DNA of 64,000 nucleotides, taken from NCBI GenBank assembly GCA_001818495.1, contig MHKS01000005.1:250038-314037 (forward strand). The letters are read 5' to 3'. Made by a program: the position numbers and the translations under genes. The notes under the pieces are model-generated. The model saw nothing but the letters and a program-made list of their open reading frames with translations. It was not told the DNA's origin and did not search any database. Origin of the DNA: Candidatus Komeilibacteria bacterium RIFOXYD1_FULL_37_29. Lineage in GTDB: Bacteria > Patescibacteriota > Patescibacteriia > UBA1558 > GWA2-36-10. This document shows positions 24,266 to 32,628 of this stretch, one piece after another; position 1 is the first letter of the stretch; every line of letters begins with the position of its first letter.

Positions 24266-25450
24266 ATGGCATTAGAATCAGAAAAATTGGAAGAAAAAAT
24301 AGTTGATAATTATTTTACTGATACTCTATATAGTAGTCGGGAATTTAAGGGTGGAGTAGGTAAATTTTTTACAATAGTATCTCAGGATGAAAATGATATC
24401 CCAAATGTAGTTGATGTTGAGCATTCGTATCCTATACGCAATAAAATAAAGACAACGCTGACATTTATCAAAAAAGAAAACGAAATTACAGCCATTTCCT
24501 TTAAGCGTTTTAAATATTATAAAAAAGAACATTGGGTTGAACAACCAGAAGAACAGATTACTTTTTCATACAGTCTTTTTAAAAAAATTATTGGGTATTT
24601 ACAGTTACTATCAGAATTAAATTTGTCGGCTATTAGTGAGCGAAGAATTGCTTTAGCCGATGACACATTACCGAATATTGACGATGAAACAAAAAAGAAG
24701 ATTAAAACATTGCTTTTACGCAAAGATGGGCAAAAAATTATTGAGGAATTAATAAATAGCGGAATAATTACATCAACCGATATTGTAAATATCGGGTATC
24801 GAAAAAAACAACTTGATGTTTTTGAGAAGCTCCTGACACAACCCGATTATTTTGCAACCTATATAACTGAAAGTAAAATTACAGATACTCGTCATGAGTC
24901 TGTTTGGCAACATTTCTTCCATTCTAATGATTGGATTTTTGGATATGGACTAGATTATCGCTTTCTTGGCATCCTGCAAAAAGAAGCTCATATTTCAAAT
25001 ACAGACGTCGCAGGAAAAGGGGCTGTTATAAATGATTTTCTACTCGGGTGCAATAAATTCACCGTTTTGGTTGAATTAAAAAAACACGACACACCATTAT
25101 TTGGAAAAGACAAAAACCGGTCAAACTCTTGGACACTTTCAGATGATTTAATATCTGGTCTATCTCAAATATTAGAGCAAAAAGCTAGTTGGCAGGTTTC
25201 GGCCGAGACAAATGCAAGTGGAAATTTTGACGATAAGGGTAATTTGATAAAACAAAAAACTATCGATCCAAAAAGTATCTTAGTTATCGGATCAACAAAG
25301 CAATTTGATGGTGATGATAAAGAAAATCAAATTAAAGCAAAAACCTTTGAACTTTTTAGACGAGATTCAAGAAATATAGAAATTCTTACTTATGACGAAC
25401 TGTATGAGAGAGCGAAGTTTATTGTTGAACATAAACAGAAAGACAACTAG
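24266..25450 (+). CDS. DUF4263 / Shedu (SduA)-like PD-(D/E)xK nuclease-domain protein
   Basis: 394 aa. The C-terminal half reads WQHFFHSNDWIFGYGLDY...VINDFLLGC..FTVLVELKKHDTPLF...ILVIG...FELFRRDSRNIEILTYDELYERAKF, the layout I associate with DUF4263. Starts 4 nt after the res stop. Confidence 0.6.
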   Translation: MALESEKLEEKIVDNYFTDTLYSSREFKGGVGKFFTIVSQDENDIPNVVDVEHSYPIRNKIKTTLTFIKKENEITAISFKRFKYYKKEHWVEQPEEQITFSYSLFKKIIGYLQLLSELNLSAISERRIALADDTLPNIDDETKKKIKTLLLRKDGQKIIEELINSGIITSTDIVNIGYRKKQLDVFEKLLTQPDYFATYITESKITDTRHESVWQHFFHSNDWIFGYGLDYRFLGILQKEAHISNTDVAGKGAVINDFLLGCNKFTVLVELKKHDTPLFGKDKNRSNSWTLSDDLISGLSQILEQKASWQVSAETNASGNFDDKGNLIKQKTIDPKSILVIGSTKQFDGDDKENQIKAKTFELFRRDSRNIEILTYDELYERAKFIVEHKQKDN

Positions 25451-25793
25451 GTTTAAATAGAATAATCCACCTCATTTTTGCTCTTATCTGATTTTAGCTT
25501 CGGTGTCTCAAACCATTCTGGATGAACCTTGAACATAGCCCTTAATTCGCGTATACTTTTATCAATATCCTTAAATTTGAACCACTTTTTTGGTTCAAAC
25601 TTCGGGACATCGCCACCGCCACTCGATTCGCATTTTGCTTCGCAAAAAGCTCACTCGTGATCTACGGTGCTAAAGCACCTTCGACCATTCTAATTCTAGA
25701 ATCGAGTGTATTGAGCGAGCGTAGCGAGTCGAAAGGCACGCGCTATCGTGCTAGCATAAGTGTATTAAAAAATTTCTATATAGTTATTAAAAT

Positions 25794-26387
25794 ATGGATC
25801 AACAAACAATCAATACATACAACAGGATGTCACAAGAGTATGATGATGAAACAGCTGATTTTTGGGAGCGATTTCCTCGAACATTTCTTGATAAATTTAT
25901 TAAGCTATCCGGTAATAAAATACTTGATGTTGGGAGCGGACCAGGTAGAGATGGTTTGATACTTCAACAGGCCGGTAAAAATGTTGTCTGTGTGGATGCT
26001 TCTGCAGCAATGGTGAAATTGTCTTCAGACAGAGGTTTAAACTCTATAGTAGCCAGTTTCGACAATTTACCATTTGAAAATAATTCATTTGACGGCGTAT
26101 GGTCATATACTGCTCTTTTACATATTCCCAAAAAATCTATCGATACCCCTCTTCAAGAGATTTTTCGTATTATCAAACCTTCAGGTATTTTTGCTCTTGG
26201 TCTGATTGAAGGGGACACAGAAGGATACAAAGAAAGCTCTGAAGTGACTATGCCTCGTTGGTTTAGTTTCTATCAGAAAGACGAAGTTGAAAATTTATGC
26301 CAAAAGCACGGATTTGAGCTGGTTTACTTTGAGACTTTTAAACCAGGGTCCAAGCCCTATTTGAATTTTATTTTTCGAAAAATATAA
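25794..26387 (+). CDS. class I SAM-dependent methyltransferase
   Basis: 197 aa with motif I ILDVGSGPGRDG and post-I/II motifs (VVCVDAS, FDGVWSYTALLHI). Confidence 0.8.
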   Translation: MDQQTINTYNRMSQEYDDETADFWERFPRTFLDKFIKLSGNKILDVGSGPGRDGLILQQAGKNVVCVDASAAMVKLSSDRGLNSIVASFDNLPFENNSFDGVWSYTALLHIPKKSIDTPLQEIFRIIKPSGIFALGLIEGDTEGYKESSEVTMPRWFSFYQKDEVENLCQKHGFELVYFETFKPGSKPYLNFIFRKI

Positions 26388-26416
26388 TACTACTAGAACA
26401 TTTTTATCTATCTCAA

Positions 26417-26666
26417 TTTTCACTGTCTTTTCAGGCAGTTTTTTGGTATAATCAAAGCATTAATTAATAAAAATATTATGATTGACGAAGAAATAAAGCA
26501 AATTATTCAGGAAAATAAGGACACTTTGGCTAATATTGATAAAAGGATTGGTCGGATTGAGAAAAATTTTATTTGGAGTTCAATTTTTGGTTTTATAAAG
26601 ATTGTTATTATTGTAGCACCGATTGTTTTTGGTATTATTTATTTTACGCCATTTTTGAAAGATTTA
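26417..26666 (+). repeat. left copy of a ~250-bp direct repeat (promoter + 5' part of a small TM-protein gene)
   Basis: Aligns with 33400-33649 at a fixed offset of 6,983 nt. I count about 9 mismatches, and the first ~104 nt are identical. Contains tggtataat (26444-26452). Confidence 0.9.
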
Positions 26667-26690
26667 AATAAATTGGGTATTATTACATAA
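26478..26690 (+). CDS. small TM protein, truncated paralog of the 33461-33811 gene
   Basis: 70 aa. MIDEEIKQIIQENK..NIDKRIGRIEKNFIWSSIFGF.KIVII is nearly identical to the N-terminus of the downstream paralog and diverges after FTPFLKD. Confidence 0.6.
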   Translation: MIDEEIKQIIQENKDTLANIDKRIGRIEKNFIWSSIFGFIKIVIIVAPIVFGIIYFTPFLKDLNKLGIIT

Positions 26691-26707
26691 TTAAGAAATG
26701 GTAGTAT

Positions 26708-28426
26708 ATGAAAAAGTCAAAAGTCATATTAGGGATTACTGCCTTTAATCATGATTCTTCGGCGTGCTTAATTTATCAAGGTAGAGTAATTGCATTTTGT
26801 GAGGAGGAAAGATTCAATGGCATAAAACATACCGGAGATTTTCCGATAAAATCAATTTTATTTTGTTTAGAAAAAGCTGGTTTGTCATTAAATGATGTGA
26901 CTGATGTAGCTTTTTATTTTAATATTAAAAAATGTTTATTGAGTTATATAAAGAACAATAATCCACTCTATTATATTATTCATCCATCTTTATTTAAGAG
27001 GAAAAGATTTTATTATGAAATTATTTGGTTATTTAGTTTTATAAACAAAATTAATTCAATTAAAAAACTCCTTAATAATTATAAGATAAAGATTACTTAT
27101 GTAGATCATCATATGGCGCACGCTTGGTATGGGTATTTTTCTTCAAATTTTAAAAATTGCACGGTAGTTTCTAATGACAGCGTAGGCGAGAGTGTGAGTA
27201 GTTTAGCCGTAAAGATACAGAGAGAAGATAAAAAAATTATTTTTGGTAAGACATTCAGTCAAACAGACCCTCACTCTATTGGGTATTTGTATGGTGCTAT
27301 AACTGAATTTTTAGGATTCAAAAGAGGTCAAGACGAAGGAAAGGTTATGGCTATGGCGGCTTTAGGGAAAGATAAATATGTAAAATATTTTGATGACTTG
27401 ATTAGATATTTACCTAATGGGGAATTTAGAATAAGTAAGGAGTTGATTTCCTTACGTAATTTTCAGCCAAAATCACAAAGATTAAGCAATGATTTTTTAA
27501 AAAAATTTGGATATTATCGTCAACCCCAAGAACCATTTATCCAAAAGCATTATGATATTGCTTATGCAATACAAGGGGTAACGGAAAAAATTTTATATCA
27601 CCAATTAAAATATATTAATGATGATAATATAGTCATTACTGGTGGTATTGCTCAAAATAGTGTAGCCAACGGGAAACTCAACAATTTTTTTTATAAAAGA
27701 AATATATTTATTCCTCCGATTCCTAATGATGCCGGGTGTGGTATTGGCGCGGCGCTTTCTTTATATTATAAGTATTATGAAGATTTACCAGAGTTTGTGG
27801 ATACTGCGTTTTTAGGCCCAGAATTTTCTGATCATAAAATCATTAAAACATTAGAAAATAATAAAATAAATTTTAAAATTATAAAAAATCAGACGGAATT
27901 CATTATTAATGAGCTTTTGAAAAATAAGATTATCGCTATATATAGAAATGAGATGGAGTGTGGTCCTAGGGCATTAGGTAATAGGAGTATAATAGCCAAT
28001 CCAATTGATCCGGCGATGAAGAATTACATCAATGAAAAAATAAAACACCGTGAATTTTTTCAGCCATACGGCGGGTTGATTATTGATAAAAATGTTAAAG
28101 AAGTATTTGATTATAAGAATAAAAATATTTCCGGACCATATATGTCTTTTGTTTATCCAATTAAAGATAAATGGTTAAAAATGTTTCCATCTTTGGTTCA
28201 TTTTGATAAAACTTCTAGAATTCAAATAATAAAGAAGGAACAAAATTTTTTATATAGTCTCTTGGAAGAATTTTATAAAAAAACAGGTGTCCCCGTAATT
28301 ATAAATACTTCCCTTAATTTAAGAGGGCAGCCTATGGCAAGAAGCCATCAAGATGCTTTAAACACATTTTATAATTCGGGGATTCATTATATTTTATTTA
28401 ATAACAGTATTCTAGTTTCAAAATGA
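26708..28426 (+). CDS. NodU/CmcH/TobZ-family O-carbamoyltransferase
   Basis: 572 aa. N-terminal ILGITAFNHDSSACLIYQGRVIAFCEEERFNGIKH, VDHHMAHAWYGYF, and C-terminal domain ECGPRALGNRSIIANP. Confidence 0.85.
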   Translation: MKKSKVILGITAFNHDSSACLIYQGRVIAFCEEERFNGIKHTGDFPIKSILFCLEKAGLSLNDVTDVAFYFNIKKCLLSYIKNNNPLYYIIHPSLFKRKRFYYEIIWLFSFINKINSIKKLLNNYKIKITYVDHHMAHAWYGYFSSNFKNCTVVSNDSVGESVSSLAVKIQREDKKIIFGKTFSQTDPHSIGYLYGAITEFLGFKRGQDEGKVMAMAALGKDKYVKYFDDLIRYLPNGEFRISKELISLRNFQPKSQRLSNDFLKKFGYYRQPQEPFIQKHYDIAYAIQGVTEKILYHQLKYINDDNIVITGGIAQNSVANGKLNNFFYKRNIFIPPIPNDAGCGIGAALSLYYKYYEDLPEFVDTAFLGPEFSDHKIIKTLENNKINFKIIKNQTEFIINELLKNKIIAIYRNEMECGPRALGNRSIIANPIDPAMKNYINEKIKHREFFQPYGGLIIDKNVKEVFDYKNKNISGPYMSFVYPIKDKWLKMFPSLVHFDKTSRIQIIKKEQNFLYSLLEEFYKKTGVPVIINTSLNLRGQPMARSHQDALNTFYNSGIHYILFNNSILVSK

Positions 28427-29247
28427 TTAAAGATTTTCAAAAGATAGAGTTTTTAAAATCACTTTACAGTGATAAAGACTTAATATCGTTTCGTGGCAAT
28501 TTTTTAAAAAATAATTCCAACCGTAAATTCTCATTAAGATCTTTTATTATTAAACTTTTGCCGATGCTAAAGGATAAAAAAATATTAGACATTGGTTGCG
28601 GAGACGGGTCATTCCTCAATAAATTACATACGGTATATCCTCAAAATAAATATTTTGGTTTGGATGTAGTAGATAATGCTAAATGCCATAAATTGAAATT
28701 TCTTGACTACAAAATTTATGATGGTAAATCCAGGGTTTATTATACGGAAAAATTTGATGTGATATTTTGTATGCACACTGTTTATCATATCGAAGATTTA
28801 TTCACTTTTTTTACAACGATGAAAGACTATTTAAAGCCCCATGGCATTATTATCATTACTACGAAGTCTAAATTGACTTTTCCTAAAATAGAATCAATCT
28901 TTTTAAAGATTGTCGGTAAGCTTGACTTAAAAAAATATTTAAAAATTAGCAAACACAGAGAGGAATCAAAATTTTGTTTGGAGAACGGATTAAACAGATT
29001 AAAAAAACACTTCGCTAGGCGGTCATTTAGTATAAATGAGTATGTTTTAGAAACGCAGGTTTTTGTTAATGACAAAAAAGATCTTTTGAAATATGTTTTT
29101 TCTACAAATAGATATAATATTTTGAAAGATACTTTAAACAAAAAAATTGTTGAAAAATATACAAAACTTTGGTTTGAAGAAATTGATAAAGATCAGATAT
29201 TCATTGATAAATATACGGAGGCTGTTTATTTAATAAAAAAATTATGA
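28423..29247 (+). CDS. class I SAM-dependent methyltransferase
   Basis: 274 aa with ILDIGCGDGSF motif I, YFGLDVV and FDVIFCMHTVYHIEDL. ATGA overlap with the carbamoyltransferase stop. Confidence 0.75.
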   Translation: MIKDFQKIEFLKSLYSDKDLISFRGNFLKNNSNRKFSLRSFIIKLLPMLKDKKILDIGCGDGSFLNKLHTVYPQNKYFGLDVVDNAKCHKLKFLDYKIYDGKSRVYYTEKFDVIFCMHTVYHIEDLFTFFTTMKDYLKPHGIIIITTKSKLTFPKIESIFLKIVGKLDLKKYLKISKHREESKFCLENGLNRLKKHFARRSFSINEYVLETQVFVNDKKDLLKYVFSTNRYNILKDTLNKKIVEKYTKLWFEEIDKDQIFIDKYTEAVYLIKKL

Positions 29248-30311
29248 AAATAGGTTATAGTTGCTGGGGATTTTTGGGTAACGGAATAAAGGATACACCG
29301 GATGGCGGGAGGAGTCACCGGTTGACTTTATTGAAAGAATTAATCCGTCAAGGAGTTGAAATAGTAATGTTGCAAAAGAATAGAGACCTCATTGAAGGCA
29401 ATCAAAGTTTTTCACGAAAGAATTTAATATTTAGTGGTGAGTTACCGGAAATAGATGCTCTATTTGTAGAATATAGATGGAAGATAGTAGGAAGGAATTA
29501 TAAGGTGAGAAAAAATAATCCAGCCTATACTCCGGATTTCGATAGACAGAGTGAATTAATTAATTTTTATAATAATAGAAATATTCCTATTATTATTTGG
29601 GATAAAGATCAGAAACTTGGTAAGAATGAAATAAAAGGCATTAAAAATTTGATTGTATTTGAACCTGCTTTAAAGCCAAGGTTTAATAGAAAAAGTTTAT
29701 TGTTTCCGATGGACAATCATAGAACAAAAATTGTCCTCAAATTGATAGGTAAGTATAAAAAAAATATTAAGAGCTCCAAGTTGTGTTACATTGGAAATCA
29801 ATATGAGAGAGATGGTAGTTTTAAAGAGTTTATTAATAAGCCAGCCAGTATGCTCGATACCAAAACACCAGTATTTGGTAATTGGAACAAATATCCAGAA
29901 AAGTATAAGCAAAATATGCAAAAATTTTCCAATGTTGAATTTAAAGGTAGGGTGCAGTTTAATAAAGTTAATAATATTTATAAAAAATCTTTTTCTACAG
30001 TTCTTATCGCGCCACGGAGATATTATATCACGGGTCATTTTACACAAAGATTATTTGAGGCAATGTGGGGCTTATGCATTCCTTTTACCCCGCAGCAATA
30101 TCATGGATGGCAGGGTTTAATAATAAAAGATTTTATAATTAGATCTGGCAAAGATTTAATAAATAAGATAAAAAAATTAGAAACAACGCCCGATTCAGAT
30201 ATAAGGAGAATGTTTGATAGACAGTTTGAGAAACTTAATTTATTTAATGCCAGTAAACAAGCCAGTATAATTATAAACGAAATCAATAATCATAATGGTA
30301 GACTCGGGTAA
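29244..30311 (+). CDS. hypothetical protein, possibly GT-B-fold (CgeB/DUF3880-like) glycosyltransferase
   Basis: 355 aa. The C-terminal half (YIGNQYERD...VEFKGRV...YKKSFSTVLIAPRRYYITGHFTQRLFEAMWGLCIPF) resembles the donor-binding half of GT-B enzymes. The assignment is by eye only. ATGA overlap with the upstream gene. Confidence 0.3.
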   Translation: MKIGYSCWGFLGNGIKDTPDGGRSHRLTLLKELIRQGVEIVMLQKNRDLIEGNQSFSRKNLIFSGELPEIDALFVEYRWKIVGRNYKVRKNNPAYTPDFDRQSELINFYNNRNIPIIIWDKDQKLGKNEIKGIKNLIVFEPALKPRFNRKSLLFPMDNHRTKIVLKLIGKYKKNIKSSKLCYIGNQYERDGSFKEFINKPASMLDTKTPVFGNWNKYPEKYKQNMQKFSNVEFKGRVQFNKVNNIYKKSFSTVLIAPRRYYITGHFTQRLFEAMWGLCIPFTPQQYHGWQGLIIKDFIIRSGKDLINKIKKLETTPDSDIRRMFDRQFEKLNLFNASKQASIIINEINNHNGRLG

Positions 30312-31074
30312 TAAAAATAAATCTTTAGAAATTGTAATTGATTCTAAACACTATATTAAAAAAAGATATTCTGATATCCAACGTTTTTTTTGTGAATTAA
30401 AATATCTTAAATATTTTAAAGATGAAGATATCAATGTTCCTTTTATATATAAATTTGATAAAATCCAAAAAACAATAATAATAGATAAAATAAAGGGGAA
30501 AATCGGCGATTCATTAAATAATAGAGACACAAAACTATGCATTGATGTGCTTGTCAAAATAATTTTTATTTTTGGTTTGGAAAAGAAAAATAATAATGAA
30601 ATTGATAGGTATATTTCAAAAGTCAGGTCAAATATAATATGGTGGTGTGAAAATAATAATTATATAGTAGAAAAAGAAAAATTAAATATTTTACTTCAAA
30701 AGTTAAGAAAAGTGTGTTATATATCTTTATTCAAAGATGCCAAACCATCTAATTGGATTTTTCAAAAAGATAAAATATACGCAATAGACTTTGATTATGT
30801 AAAAAAATCATTTTTTTTAGCAGATTTAGCACAACTTTTAAGTTATATTTCATTAAGGAAAAAAATAAGTTATATTTTCTTTGTAAATTATTATCTAAAG
30901 CAAATATTCCCAAAAATGAAGGATTATGATAAATTTTATATACCTTTTAAATTAGCGCTTGTTAATTCCAACATTGCTTCTGAACTTCACAGAGAGAATT
31001 TAGGAGCCTATGTAAAAAGGGGTTTTGCCAAACAAAACAGGTTTATTTTGAGTGAATTTAAGATAATATTATAA
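30295..31074 (+). CDS. protein-kinase-like fold kinase (APH/Bud32/LPS-kinase-like)
   Basis: 259 aa. Catalytic-loop-like FKDAKPSNWIF followed by IYAIDFDYV (DFG-equivalent). Overlaps the upstream gene by 17 nt. Confidence 0.5.
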   Translation: MVDSGNKNKSLEIVIDSKHYIKKRYSDIQRFFCELKYLKYFKDEDINVPFIYKFDKIQKTIIIDKIKGKIGDSLNNRDTKLCIDVLVKIIFIFGLEKKNNNEIDRYISKVRSNIIWWCENNNYIVEKEKLNILLQKLRKVCYISLFKDAKPSNWIFQKDKIYAIDFDYVKKSFFLADLAQLLSYISLRKKISYIFFVNYYLKQIFPKMKDYDKFYIPFKLALVNSNIASELHRENLGAYVKRGFAKQNRFILSEFKIIL

Positions 31075-31955
31075 TGTCAATATCAATAACCGCCAAATCA
31101 GCTAATGAAGCATTCATTAAAATAGCTGATAAATTGTATAATAATCCGGAATATGTTTCTAGTCCTCGAAGCTGGGAAACAAGGGAGTTATTAGGGGCTT
31201 TTATTGTTATCAACAATCCCTATGATCGTTTTATAAATAATGTTCATAGGAAGATTTCTTTAAAGTATCTTATTGGTGAATGGTTATGGTATGAGCGAGG
31301 ATCCAATTCTTTAAATGAAATTAATTATTATGCAAAATTTTGGAGCAGTATTTCGGATGATAAAATAACTGCCAATTCAGCTTATGGTCATAGAATTTTA
31401 GGGATCAATAAGTTCGTGATTATTAATCAATGGAAGTGGGCCAAACGGCAAATAATAAAAGATAAGGAAACAAGGAGAGCCATCATTTTTATTGGATTGC
31501 CAAGTGATATGAAAAACGAAACGAAAGATTTTCCTTGCACTATGTCACTCCAGTTTTTAATAAGAAATAATGAGTTACATTTAATTTGCAATATGAGGAG
31601 CAATGATTTAGTATTGGGTTTTACTTATGATGTAGCTACCTTTACTTTATATCAAGAAAAAATGTTGTTGGAGTTGAAAAAATATTATCCAAAATTAAAG
31701 ATAGGTAAATATTTTCATATGGTAGGCAGTTTACACGTATATAAGAAAAACTATGAGATGATAAAAAAAGTGATAAATGATCAGGACAATAATTTGAAAA
31801 TTACCATGCCTCGCATGGGTGATTTAAAAGAAATAAAAAAACTCCAGTATAACGAGAGTATTATAAGAGAAAATAAAAATAAAAAGTTTAAAAAAATTGA
31901 AGATAGATTCTGTATCTGGTGTCAGAATATTTTATTAAATAAAATTAAATACTAA
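31074..31955 (+). CDS. thymidylate synthase (ThyA) superfamily enzyme with Asp at the Asn177-equivalent position; candidate deoxycytidylate/cytidylate C5-hydroxymethylase or methylase
   Basis: Hand alignment to E. coli ThyA. GEWLWYERG ~ ELLWFLQG; TRRAIIF ~ SRRIIVSAW; FPCTMSLQF ~ APCHAFFQF (Cys codon 31536-31538); MRSNDLVLGFTYDVATF ~ QRSCDVFLGLPFNIASY (Asp codon 31629-31631 replaces Asn177); GSLHVY ~ GDTHLY. TAATG overlap with the upstream gene. Confidence 0.7.
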   Translation: MSISITAKSANEAFIKIADKLYNNPEYVSSPRSWETRELLGAFIVINNPYDRFINNVHRKISLKYLIGEWLWYERGSNSLNEINYYAKFWSSISDDKITANSAYGHRILGINKFVIINQWKWAKRQIIKDKETRRAIIFIGLPSDMKNETKDFPCTMSLQFLIRNNELHLICNMRSNDLVLGFTYDVATFTLYQEKMLLELKKYYPKLKIGKYFHMVGSLHVYKKNYEMIKKVINDQDNNLKITMPRMGDLKEIKKLQYNESIIRENKNKKFKKIEDRFCIWCQNILLNKIKY

Positions 31956-31956
31956 A

Positions 31957-32628
31957 ATGAAAGGCATAATTATAGACGGAGTTGTTTCTTCTGGTAAAAC
32001 GTCTATCTTAAAACATCTTCATCGTCTGATTTCAGAACAAAACCCTACTTCAACCAAGTTTTTTATTAGTGAACACTATACTGAGAGAATGTTGGAGCAT
32101 TTGAAAGATAAAGGTGAATTAGACGGTAGCCATATAAAAGCCCACGTTGATCAGTTAATCCATACTTTAGCTTCTTTTCAGTCTATGTTGGATAATTCTA
32201 AGTTTCGTGATAACCCGAAAGGAGCAGATTTGTTTGTTACTTTAGAAAGATTTATTCTAACCCATTTGTCCTCAGTGGACATAGGAGATAAATATAGTCT
32301 TGATGAAGTCAAAGCTCATTTTGAAATTTTAAACAAGCTAGGAGTAAAACAAGTAGCTTTAATAATTCCCGAATCAAGACTAAAAGAAAATATCATGTCG
32401 ACTCTGCAATATCGAAATGACGCCTGGTTGGATTATTTGTATTCTAGGGGTGGAGAAAAAGAAATTATAGAATATTATATCAATTGGCAGAATAATTTTT
32501 TAGAGTATATCAACAAATTTAAAGATATAATAGATACCTTAGTCATCGAAGTAAAAGATCAAGACTATCTTCAATATAGTAATACTATTTTTAATAGTTG
32601 TATTAAATCAGATATTCTCTCAAAATAA
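31957..32628 (+). CDS. P-loop kinase, (deoxy)nucleoside/nucleotide-kinase-like
   Basis: 223 aa. Walker A IIIDGVVSSGKTS at the N-terminus and a possible ERS-like LERF motif. Starts 2 nt after the ThyA-like stop. Confidence 0.4.
   Translation: MKGIIIDGVVSSGKTSILKHLHRLISEQNPTSTKFFISEHYTERMLEHLKDKGELDGSHIKAHVDQLIHTLASFQSMLDNSKFRDNPKGADLFVTLERFILTHLSSVDIGDKYSLDEVKAHFEILNKLGVKQVALIIPESRLKENIMSTLQYRNDAWLDYLYSRGGEKEIIEYYINWQNNFLEYINKFKDIIDTLVIEVKDQDYLQYSNTIFNSCIKSDILSK

Noticed and set aside
25657-25959. 100-aa ORF overlapping the 5' end of the methyltransferase gene
   Set aside because: It uses a non-ATG start inside the structured non-coding block and overlaps the well-supported methyltransferase frame. 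No motif was seen.
29791-30120. 109-aa + strand ORF and 116-aa - strand ORF inside the GT-B-like gene
   Set aside because: These are alternative-frame ORFs in extremely AT-rich coding sequence. The 355-aa frame is the one translationally coupled to both neighbours.
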